Assembly (NCBI GenBank): GCA_964016885.1
Contig: OZ024752.1
Span: forward strand, 36,394,001-36,458,000
Direction: 5' to 3'
Length of the DNA: 64,000 nt
Origin: Eledone cirrhosa
Lineage: Eukaryota
Below, piece after piece: positions 12,201 to 24,959 of this stretch. A program made the position numbers and the translations under genes. The stretch's first letter is position 1, and each line of letters opens with the position of its first letter. The notes under the pieces were generated by a model. The model did not search any database, was not told the origin of the DNA, and saw nothing but the letters and a program-made list of their open reading frames with translations.

Positions 12201-15200
12201 GGACTATCCTAGCATGTCAAGCCCATGCCAGCATGGAAAACTGACATGAGATAATAATGATTGTTCAAGTCTATTCTTGGACTATCGTAGCCTGTCAAGC
12301 CCATGCCAGCATGGAAAACTGACATGAGATAATAATGATTGTTCAAGTCTATTCTTGGACTATCGTAGCCTGTCAAGCCCATGCCAGCATGGAAAACTGA
12401 CATGAAATAATAATGATTGTTCAAGTCTATTCTTGGACTATCCTAGCCTGTCAAGCCCATGCCAGCATGGAAAACTGACATGAGATAATAATGATTGTTC
12501 AAGTCTATTCTTGGACTATCCTAGCATGTCAAGCCCATGCCAGCATGGAAAACTGACATGAAATAATAATGATTGTTCAAGTCTATTCTTGGACTATCGT
12601 AGCCTGTCAAGCCCATGCCAGCATGGAAAACTGACATGAGATAATAATGATTGTTCAAGTCTATTCTTGGACTATCGTAGCCTGTCAAGCCCATGCCAGC
12701 ATGGAAAACTGACATGAGATAATAATGATTGTTCAAGTCTATTCTTGGACTATCGTAGCCTGTCAAGCCCATGCCAGCATGGAAAACTGACATGAAATAA
12801 TAATGATTGTTCAAGTCTATTCTTGGACTATCCTAGCCTGTCAAGCCCATGCCAGCATGGAAAACTGACATGAGATAATAATGATTGTTCAAGTCTATTC
12901 TTGGACTATCCTAGCATGTCAAGCCCATGCCAGCATGGAAAACTGACATGAAATAATAATGATTGTTCAAGTCTATTCTTGGACTATCGTAGCCTGTCAA
13001 GCCCATGCCAGCATGGAAAACTGACATGAGATAATAATGATTGTTCAAGTCTATTCTTGGACTATCCTAGCATGTCAAGCCCATGCCAGCATGGAAAACT
13101 GACATGAAATAATAATGATTGTTCAAGTCTATTCTTGGACTATCGTAGCCTGTCAAGCCCATGCCAGCATGGAAAACTGACATGAGATAATAATGATTGT
13201 TCAAGTCTATTCTTGGACTATCCTAGCCTGTCAAGCCCATGCCAGCATGGAAAACTGACATGAAATAATAATGATTGTTCAAGTCTATTCTTGGACTATC
13301 GTAGCCTGTCAAGCCCATGCCAGCATGGAAAACTGACATGAGATAATAATGATTGTTCAAGTCTATTCTTGGACTATCCTAGCATGTCAAGCCCATGCCA
13401 GCATGGAAAACTGACATGAAATAATAATGATTGTTCAAGTCTATTCTTGGACTATCCTAGCATGTCAAGCCCATGCCAGCATGGAAAACTGACATGAAAT
13501 AATAATGATTGTTCAAGTCTATTCTTGGACTATCCTAGCATGTCAAGCCCATGCCAGCATGGAAAACTGACATGAAATAATAATGATTGTTCAAGTCTAT
13601 TCTTGGACTATCCTAGCATGTCAAGCCCATGCCAGCATGGAAAACTGACATGAAATAATAATGATTGTTTAAGTCTATTCTTGGACTATCGTAGCCTGTC
13701 AAGCCCATGCCAGCATGGAAAACTGACATGAAATAATAATGATTGTTTAAGTCTATTCTTGGACTATCCTAGCATGTCAAGCCCATGCCAGCATGGAAAA
13801 CTGACATGAAATAATAATGATTGTTCAAGTCTATTCTTGGACTATCCTAGCATGTCAAGCCCATGCCAGCATGGAAAACTGACATGAAATAATAATGATT
13901 GTTCAAGTCTATTCTTGGACTATCCTAGCATGTCAAGCCCATGCCAGCATGGAAAACTGACATGAAATAATAATGATTGTTTAAGTCTATTCTTGGACTA
14001 TCGTAGCCTGTCAAGCCCATGCCAGCATGGAAAACTGACATGAAATAATAATGATTGTTTAAGTCTATTCTTGGACTATCCTAGCATGTCAAGCCCATGC
14101 CAGCATGGAAAACTGACATGAAATAATAATGATTGTTTAAGTCTATTCTTGGACTATCGTAGCCTGTCAAGCCCATGCCAGCATGGAAAACTGACATGAA
14201 ATAATAATGATTGTTCAAGTCTATTCTTGGACTATCCTAGCCTGTCAAGCCCATGCCAGCATGGAAAACTGACATGAGATAATAATGATTGTTTAAGTCT
14301 ATTCTTGGACTATCCTAGCCTGTCAAGCCCATGCCAGCATGGAAAACTGACATGAAATAATAATGATTGTTCAAGTCTATTCTTGGACTATCCTAGCCTG
14401 TCAAGCCCATGCCAGCATGGAAAACTGACATGAGATAATAATGATTGTTCAAGTCTATTCTTGGACTATCCTAGCATGTCAAGCCCATGCCAGCATGGAA
14501 AACTGACATGAAATAATAATGATTGTTCAAGTCTATTCTTGGACTATCCTAGCATGTCAAGCCCATGCCAGCATGGAAAACTGACATGAGATAATAATGA
14601 TTGTTTAAGTCTATTCTTGGACTATCGTAGCCTGTCAAGCCCATGCCAGCATGGAAAACTGACATGAAATAATAATGATTGTTCAAGTCTATTCTTGGAC
14701 TATCCTAGCCTGTCAAGCCCATGCCAGCATGGAAAACTGACATGAGATAATAATGATTGTTTAAGTCTATTCTTGGACTATCCTAGCCTGTCAAGCCCAT
14801 GCCAGCATGGAAAACTGACATGAAATAATAATGATTGTTCAAGTCTATTCTTGGACTATCCTAGCCTGTCAAGCCCATGCCAGCATGGAAAACTGACATG
14901 AAATAATAATGATTGTTCAAGTCTATTCTTGGACTATCCTAGCCTGTCAAGCCCATGCCAGCATGGAAAACTGACATGAAATAATAATGATTGTTCAAGT
15001 CTATTCTTGGACTATCCTAGCCTGTCAAGCCCATGCCAGCATGGAAAACTGACATGAGATAATAATGATTGTTTAAGTCTATTCTTGGACTATCCTAGCC
15101 TGTCAAGCCCATGCCAGCATGGAAAACTGACATGAAATAATAATGATTGTTCAAGTCTATTCTTGGACTATCGTAGCCTGTCAAGCCCATGCCAGCATGG

Positions 15201-18200
15201 AAAACTGACATGAGATAATAATGATTGTTCAAGTCTATTCTTGGACTATCCTAGCATGTCAAGCCCATGCCAGCATGGAAAACTGACATGAAATAATAAT
15301 GATTGTTCAAGTCTATTCTTGGACTATCCTAGCCTGTCAAGCCCATGCCAGCATGGAAAACTGACATGAAATAATAATGATTGTTCAAGTCTATTCTTGG
15401 ACTATCCTAGCCTGTCAAGCCCATGCCAGCATGGAAAACTGACATGAAATAATAATGATTGTTCAAGTCTATTCTTGGACTATCGTAGCCTGTCAAGCCC
15501 ATGCCAGCATGGAAAACTGACATGAGATAATAATGATTGTTCAAGTCTATTCTTGGACTATCGTAGCCTGTCAAGCCCATGCCAGCATGGAAAACTGACA
15601 TGAGATAATAATGATTGTTCAAGTCTATTCTTGGACTATCGTAGCCTGTCAAGCCCATGCCAGCATGGAAAACTGACATGAGATAATAATGATTGTTCAA
15701 GTCTATTCTTGGACTATCCTAGCCTGTCAAGCCCATGCCAGCATGGAAAACTGACATGAAATAATAATGATTGTTCAAGTCTATTCTTGGACTATCCTAG
15801 CCTGTCAAGCCCATGCCAGCATGGAAAACTGACATGAGATAATAATGATTGTTTAAGTCTATTCTTGGACTATCCTAGCCTGTCAAGCCCATGCCAGCAT
15901 GGAAAACTGACATGAAATAATAATGATTGTTCAAGTCTATTCTTGGACTATCCTAGCCTGTCAAGCCCATGCCAGCATGGAAAACTGACATGAAATAATA
16001 ATGATTGTTCAAGTCTATTCTTGGACTATCCTAGCATGTCAAGCCCATGCCAGCATGGAAAACTGACATGAGATAATAATGATTGTTTAAGTCTATTCTT
16101 GGACTATCGTAGCCTGTCAAGCCCATGCCAGCATGGAAAACTGACATGAGATAATAATGATTGTTCAAGTCTATTCTTGGACTATCCTAGCCTGTCAAGC
16201 CCATGCCAGCATGGAAAACTGACATGAAATAATAATGATTGTTCAAGTCTATTCTTGGACTATCCTAGCCTGTCAAGCCCATGCCAGCATGGAAAACTGA
16301 CATGAAATAATAATGATTGTTCAAGTCTATTCTTGGACTATCCTAGCCTGTCAAGCCCATGCCAGCATGGAAAACTGACATGAAATAATAATGATTGTTC
16401 AAGTCTATTCTTGGACTATCCTAGCCTGTCAAGCCCATGCCAGCATGGAAAACTGACATGAAATAATAATGATTGTTCAAGTCTATTCTTGGACTATCCT
16501 AGCCTGTCAAGCCCATGCCAGCATGGAAAACTGACATGAAATAATAATGATTGTTCAAGTCTATTCTTGGACTATCCTAGCCTGTCAAGCCCATGCCAGC
16601 ATGGAAAACTGACATGAAATAATAATGATTGTTCAAGTCTATTCTTGGACTATCGTAGCCTGTCAAGCCCATGCCAGCATGGAAAACTGACATGAGATAA
16701 TAATGATTGTTTAAGTCTATTCTTGGACTATCCTAGCCTGTCAAGCCCATGCCAGCATGGAAAACTGACATGAAATAATAATGATTGTTCAAGTCTATTC
16801 TTGGACTATCGTAGCCTGTCAAGCCCATGCCAGCATGGAAAACTGACATGAGATAATAATGATTGTTCAAGTCTATTCTTGGACTATCCTAGCATGTCAA
16901 GCCCATGCCAGCATGGAAAACTGACATGAGATAATAATGATTGTTTAAGTCTATTCTTGGACTATCGTAGCCTGTCAAGCCCATGCCAGCATGGAAAACT
17001 GACATGAGATAATAATGATTGTTCAAGTCTATTCTTGGACTATCCTAGCCTGTCAAGCCCATGCCAGCATGGAAAACTGACATGAAATAATAATGATTGT
17101 TCAAGTCTATTCTTGGACTATCCTAGCCTGTCAATCCCATGCCAGCATGGAAAACTGACATGAGATAATAATGATTGTTTAAGTCTATTCTTGGACTATC
17201 CTAGCCTGTCAAGCCCATGCCAGCATGGAAAACTGACATGAAATAATAATGATTGTTCAAGTCTATTCTTGGACTATCCTAGCATGTCAAGCCCATGCCA
17301 GCATGGAAAACTGACATGAAATAATAATGATTGTTCAAGTCTATTCTTGGACTATCCTAGCATGTCAAGCCCATGCCAGCATGGAAAACTGACATGAGAT
17401 AATAATGATTGTTTAAGTCTATTCTTGGACTATCGTAGCCTGTCAAGCCCATGCCAGCATGGAAAACTGACATGAGATAATAATGATTGTTCAAGTCTAT
17501 TCTTGGACTATCCTAGCATGTCAAGCCCATGCCAGCATGGAAAACTGACATGAAATAATAATGATTGTTCAAGTCTATTCTTGGACTATCCTAGCATGTC
17601 AAGCCCATGCCAGCATGGAAAACTGACATGAAATAATAATGATTGTTCAAGTCTATTCTTGGACTATCCTAGCATGTCAAGCCCATGCCAGCATGGAAAA
17701 CTGACATGAAATAATAATGATTGTTCAAGTCTATTCTTGGACTATCCTAGCCTGTCAAGCCCATGCCAGCATGGAAAACTGACATGAAATAATAATGATT
17801 GTTTAAGTCTATTCTTGGACTATCGTAGCCTGTCAAGCCCATGCCAGCATGGAAAACTGACATGAAATAATAATGATTGTTCAAGTCTATTCTTGGACTA
17901 TCCTAGCCTGTCAAGCCCATGCCAGCATGGAAAACTGACATGAAATAATAATGATTGTTTAAGTCTATTCTTGGACTATCGTAGCCTGTCAAGCCCATGC
18001 CAGCATGGAAAACTGACATGAAATAATAATGATTGTTTAAGTCTATTCTTGGACTATCGTAGCCTGTCAAGCCCATGCCAGCATGGAAAACTGACATGAA
18101 ATAATAATGATTGTTCAAGTCTATTCTTGGACTATCCTAGCCTGTCAAGCCCATGCCAGCATGGAAAACTGACATGAAATAATAATGATTGTTCAAGTCT

Positions 18201-21200
18201 ATTCTTGGACTATCCTAGCCTGTCAAGCCCATGCCAGCATGGAAAACTGACATGAAATAATAATGATTGTTCAAGTCTATTCTTGGACTATCGTAGCCTG
18301 TCAAGCCCATGCCAGCATGGAAAACTGACATGAAATAATAATGATTGTTTAAGTCTATTCTTGGACTATCCTAGCATGTCAAGCCCATGCCAGCATGGAA
18401 AACTGACATGAAATAATAATGATTGTTTAAGTCTATTCTTGGACTATCGTAGCCTGTCAAGCCCATGCCAGCATGGAAAACTGACATGAAATAATAATGA
18501 TTGTTTAAGTCTATTCTTGGACTATCGTAGCCTGTCAAGCCCATGCCAGCATGGAAAACTGACATGAAATAATAATGATTGTTTAAGTCTATTCTTGGAC
18601 TATCCTAGCCTGTCAAGCCCATGCCAGCATGGAAAACTGACATGAAATAATAATGATTGTTTAAGTCTATTCTTGGACTATCCTAGCATGTCAAGCCCAT
18701 GCCAGCATGGAAAACTGACATGAAATAATAATGATTGTTTAAGTCTATTCTTGGACTATCCTAGCATGTCAAGCCCATGCCAGCATGGAAAACTGACATG
18801 AAATAATAATGATTGTTTAAGTCTATTCTTGGACTATCCTAGCCTGTCAAGCCCATGCCAGCATGGAAAACTGACATGAAATAATAATGATTGTTCAAGT
18901 CTATTCTTGGACTATCGTAGCCTGTCAAGCCCATGCCAGCATGGAAAACTGACATGAAATAATAATGATTGTTCAAGTCTATTCTTGGACTATCCTAGCA
19001 TGTCAAGCCCATGCCAGCATGGAAAACTGACATGAAATAATAATGATTGTTCAAGTCTATTCTTGGACTATCCTAGCATGTCAAGCCCATGCCAGCATGG
19101 AAAACTGACATGAGATAATAATGATTGTTCAAGTCTATTCTTGGACTATCCTAGCATGTCAAGCCCATGCCAGCATGGAAAACTGACATGAGATAATAAT
19201 GATTGTTCAAGTCTATTCTTGGACTATCCTAGCATGTCAAGCCCATGCCAGCATGGAAAACTGACATGAAATAATAATGATTGTTCAAGTCTATTCTTGG
19301 ACTATCCTAGCATGTCAAGCCCATGCCAGCATGGAAAACTGACATGAAATAATAATGATTGTTCAAGTCTATTCTTGGACTATCGTAGCCTGTCAAGCCC
19401 ATGCCAGCATGGAAAACTGACATGAAATAATAATGATTGTTCAAGTCTATTCTTGGACTATCCTAGCATGTCAAGCCCATGCCAGCATGGAAAACTGACA
19501 TGAAATAATAATGATTGTTCAAGTCTATTCTTGGACTATCCTAGCATGTCAAGCCCATGCCAGCATGGAAAACTGACATGAAATAATAATGATTGTTTAA
19601 GTCTATTCTTGGACTATCCTAGCCTGTCAAGCCCATGCCAGCATGGAAAACTGACATGAAATAATAATGATTGTTTAAGTCTATTCTTGGACTATCGTAG
19701 CCTGTCAAGCCCATGCCAGCATGGAAAACTGACATGAAATAATAATGATTGTTTAAGTCTATTCTTGGACTATCCTAGCATGTCAAGCCCATGCCAGCAT
19801 GGAAAACTGACATGAAATAATAATGATTGTTTAAGTCTATTCTTGGACTATCGTAGCCTGTCAAGCCCATGCCAGCATGGAAAACTGACATGAAATAATA
19901 ATGATTGTTTAAGTCTATTCTTGGACTATCCTAGCCTGTCAAGCCCATGCCAGCATGGAAAACTGACATGAAATAATAATGATTGTTTAAGTCTATTCTT
20001 GGACTATCCTAGCATGTCAAGCCCATGCCAGCATGGAAAACTGACATGAAATAATAATGATTGTTTAAGTCTATTCTTGGACTATCCTAGCCTGTCAAGC
20101 CCATGCCAGCATGGAAAACTGACATGAAATAATAATGATTGTTTAAGTCTATTCTTGGACTATCCTAGCATGTCAAGCCCATGCCAGCATGGAAAACTGA
20201 CATGAAATAATAATGATTGTTTAAGTCTATTCTTGGACTATCGTAGCCTGTCAAGCCCATGCCAGCATGGAAAACTGACATGAAATAATAATGATTGTTT
20301 AAGTCTATTCTTGGACTATCCTAGCCTGTCAAGCCCATGCCAGCATGGAAAACTGACATGAAATAATAATGATTGTTTAAGTCTATTCTTGGACTATCCT
20401 AGCATGTCAAGCCCATGCCAGCATGGAAAACTGACATGAAATAATAATGATTGTTTAAGTCTATTCTTGGACTATCCTAGCCTGTCAAGCCCATGCCAGC
20501 ATGGAAAACTGACATGAAATAATAATGATTGTTTAAGTCTATTCTTGGACTATCCTAGCCTGTCAAGCCCATGCCAGCATGGAAAACTGACATGAAATAA
20601 TAATGATTGTTTAAGTCTATTCTTGGACTATCCTAGCCTGTCAAGCCCATGCCAGCATGGAAAACTGACATGAAATAATAATGATTGTTCAAGTCTATTC
20701 TTGGACTATCCTAGCCTGTCAAGCCCATGCCAGCATGGAAAACTGACATGAAATAATAATGATTGTTTAAGTCTATTCTTGGACTATCCTAGCATGTCAA
20801 GCCCATGCCAGCATGGAAAACTGACATGAAATAATAATGATTGTTTAAGTCTATTCTTGGACTATCCTAGCATGTCAAGCCCATGCCAGCATGGAAAACT
20901 GACATGAAATAATAATGATTGTTCAAGTCTATTCTTGGACTATCCTAGCATGTCAAGCCCATGCCAGCATGGAAAACTGACATGAAATAATAATGATTGT
21001 TTAAGTCTATTCTTGGACTATCCTAGCCTGTCAAGCCCATGCCAGCATGGAAAACTGACATGAAATAATAATGATTGTTCAAGTCTATTCTTGGACTATC
21101 CTAGCCTGTCAAGCCCATGCCAGCATGGAAAACTGACATGAAATAATAATGATTGTTCAAGTCTATTCTTGGACTATCGTAGCCTGTCAAGCCCATGCCA

Positions 21201-24200
21201 GCATGGAAAACTGACATGAAATAATAATGATTGTTCAAGTCTATTCTTGGACTATCCTAGCATGTCAAGCCCATGCCAGCATGGAAAACTGACATGAAAT
21301 AATAATGATTGTTCAAGTCTATTCTTGGACTATCGTAGCCTGTCAAGCCCATGCCAGCATGGAAAACTGACATGAAATAATAATGATTGTTCAAGTCTAT
21401 TCTTGGACTATCGTAGCCTGTCAAGCCCATGCCAGCATGGAAAACTGACATGAAATAATAATGATTGTTCAAGTCTATTCTTGGACTATCCTAGCATGTC
21501 AAGCCCATGCCAGCATGGAAAACTGACATGAGATAATAATGATTGTTCAAGTCTATTCTTGGACTATCCTAGCATGTCAAGCCCATGCCAGCATGGAAAA
21601 CTGACATGAAATAATAATGATTGTTTAAGTCTATTCTTGGACTATCCTAGCCTGTCAAGCCCATGCCAGCATGGAAAACTGACATGAAATAATAATGATT
21701 GTTTAAGTCTATTCTTGGACTATCCTAGCCTGTCAAGCCCATGCCAGCATGGAAAACTGACATGAAATAATAATGATTGTTCAAGTCTATTCTTGGACTA
21801 TCCTAGCATGTCAAGCCCATGCCAGCATGGAAAACTGACATGAAATAATAATGATTGTTTAAGTCTATTTTTGGACTATCCTAGCATGTCAAGCCCATGC
21901 CAGCATGGAAAACTGACATGAGATAATAATGATTGTTCAAGTCTATTCTTGGACTATCCTAGCATGTCAAGCCCATGCCAGCATGGAAAACTGACATGAG
22001 ATAATAATGATTGTTCAAGTCTATTCTTGGACTATCCTAGCATGTCAAGCCCATGCCAGCATGGAAAACTGACATGAAATAATAATGATTGTTCAAGTCT
22101 ATTCTTGGACTATCCTAGCATGTCAAGCCCATGCCAGCATGGAAAACTGACATGAGATAATAATGATTGTTCAAGTCTATTCTTGGACTATCCTAGCATG
22201 TCAAGCCCATGCCAGCATGGAAAACTGACATGAAATAATAATGATTGTTCAAGTCTATTCTTGGACTATCCTAGCATGTCAAGCCCATGCCAGCATGGAA
22301 AACTGACATGAGATAATAATGATTGTTCAAGTCTATTCTTGGACTATCCTAGCATGTCAAGCCCATGCCAGCATGGAAAACTGACATGAGATAATAATGA
22401 TTGTTCAAGTCTATTCTTGGACTATCCTAGCATGTCAAGCCCATGCCAGCATGGAAAACTGACATGAAATAATAATGATTGTTCAAGTCTATTCTTGGAC
22501 TATCCTAGCATGTCAAGCCCATGCCAGCATGGAAAACTGACATGAGATAATAATGATTGTTCAAGTCTATTCTTGGACTATCCTAGCATGTCAAGCCCAT
22601 GCCAGCATGGAAAACTGACATGAGATAATAATGATTGTTCAAGTCTATTCTTGGACTATCCTAGCATGTCAAGCCCATGCCAGCATGGAAAACTGACATG
22701 AGATAATAATGATTGTTCAAGTCTATTCTTGGACTATCCTAGCATGTCAAGCCCATGCCAGCATGGAAAACTGACATGAGATAATAATGATTGTTCAAGT
22801 CTATTCTTGGACTATCCTAGCATGTCAAGCCCATGCCAGCATGGAAAACTGACATGAGATAATAATGATTGTTCAAGTCTATTCTTGGACTATCCTAGCA
22901 TGTCAAGCCCATGCCAGCATGGAAAACTGACATGAAATAATAATGATTGTTCAAGTCTATTCTTGGACTATCCTAGCATGTCAAGCCCATGCCAGCATGG
23001 AAAACTGACATGAAATAATAATGATTGTTCAAGTCTATTCTTGGACTATCCTAGCATGTCAAGCCCATGCCAGCATGGAAAACTGACATGAGATAATAAT
23101 GATTGTTCAAGTCTATTCTTGGACTATCCTAGCATGTCAAGCCCATGCCAGCATGGAAAACTGACATGAAATAATAATGATTGTTCAAGTCTATTCTTGG
23201 ACTATCCTAGCATGTCAAGCCCATGCCAGCATGGAAAACTGACATGAGATAATAATGATTGTTCAAGTCTATTCTTGGACTATCCTAGCATGTCAAGCCC
23301 ATGCCAGCATGGAAAACTGACATGAGATAATAATGATTGTTCAAGTCTATTCTTGGACTATCCTAGCATGTCAAGCCCATGCCAGCATGGAAAACTGACA
23401 TGAAATAATAATGATTGTTCAAGTCTATTCTTGGACTATCCTAGCATGTCAAGCCCATGCCAGCATGGAAAACTGACATGAAATAATAATGATTGTTCAA
23501 GTCTATTCTTGGACTATCCTAGCATGTCAAGCCCATGCCAGCATGGAAAACTGACATGAGATAATAATGATTGTTCAAGTCTATTCTTGGACTATCCTAG
23601 CATGTCAAGCCCATGCCAGCATGGAAAACTGACATGAAATAATAATGATTGTTCAAGTCTATTCTTGGACTATCCTAGCATGTCAAGCCCATGCCAGCAT
23701 GGAAAACTGACATGAGATAATAATGATTGTTCAAGTCTATTCTTGGACTATCCTAGCATGTCAAGCCCATGCCAGCATGGAAAACTGACATGAAATAATA
23801 ATGATTGTTCAAGTCTATTCTTGGACTATCCTAGCATGTCAAGCCCATGCCAGCATGGAAAACTGACATGAGATAATAATGATTGTTCAAGTCTATTCTT
23901 GGACTATCCTAGCATGTCAAGCCCATGCCAGCATGGAAAACTGACATGAAATAATAATGATTGTTCAAGTCTATTCTTGGACTATCCTAGCATGTCAAGC
24001 CCATGCCAGCATGGAAAACTGACATGAGATAATAATGATTGTTCAAGTCTATTCTTGGACTATCCTAGCATGTCAAGCCCATGCCAGCATGGAAAACTGA
24101 CATGAGATAATAATGATTGTTCAAGTCTATTCTTGGACTATCCTAGCATGTCAAGCCCATGCCAGCATGGAAAACTGACATGAAATAATAATGATTGTTC

Positions 24201-24615
24201 AAGTCTATTCTTGGACTATCCTAGCATGTCAAGCCCATGCCAGCATGGAAAACTGACATGAAATAATAATGATTGTTCAAGTCTATTCTTGGACTATCCT
24301 AGCATGTCAAGCCCATGCCAGCATGGAAAACTGACATGAAATAATAATGATTGTTCAAGTCTATTCTTGGACTATCCTAGCATGTCAAGCCCATGCCAGC
24401 ATGGAAAACTGACATGAGATAATAATGATTGTTCAAGTCTATTCTTGGACTATCCTAGCATGTCAAGCCCATGCCAGCATGGAAAACTGACATGAGATAA
24501 TAATGATTGTTCAAGTCTATTCTTGGACTATCCTAGCATGTCAAGCCCATGCCAGCATGGAAAACTGACATGAAATAATAATGATTGTTCAAGTCTATTC
24601 TTGGACTATCCTAGC
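3205..24615. repeat. 78-bp satellite DNA, ~274 copies, 21.4 kb
   Basis: Unit AATAATGATTGTT(C/T)AAGTCTATTCTTGGACTATC(C/G)TAGC(A/C)TGTCAAGCCCATGCCAGCATGGAAAACTGACATGA(A/G)AT; same phase at 3241 and 24301 (21060 = 270 x 78). Confidence 0.99.
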
Positions 24616-24959
24616 TTGCCATGAGTGTGGGAGAGGTCTACTACTTGATTAGAATAAATATCATGTTATGGGCGGAGGTTTATTTTTACATTAGTGCAAC
24701 TTGGATAAATACCAGTTATTTTTGTGGGTCTGGTTCTACATTAATTACATACTTTGTTAAGCAGGTTGTTAGTATTGTTGTTTAGCCTCAGGTCGACATG
24801 ATAGTGTTCTAAGATGAAAGACATTCCAACAGTGAGCTGCACATTTTTTTAAATGTTCAAAATCTGTTGTAAAATGTTGATTTTCGACATTTTAATGTAA
24901 GTCTTTTATTGGTCTTTAAACATTTTTATTTTGCCTGTAAACCATATAAGCTACATAAG

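Noticed and set aside
3473-21472. Repeated 64-97 aa ORFs (NNHYYFMSVFHAGMGLTGYDSPRIDL)n on the minus strand
   Set aside because: They appear only where consecutive monomers carry the G allele that turns TAG into TAC. They are by-products of a 78-bp (26-codon) period, with no splice or gene context.
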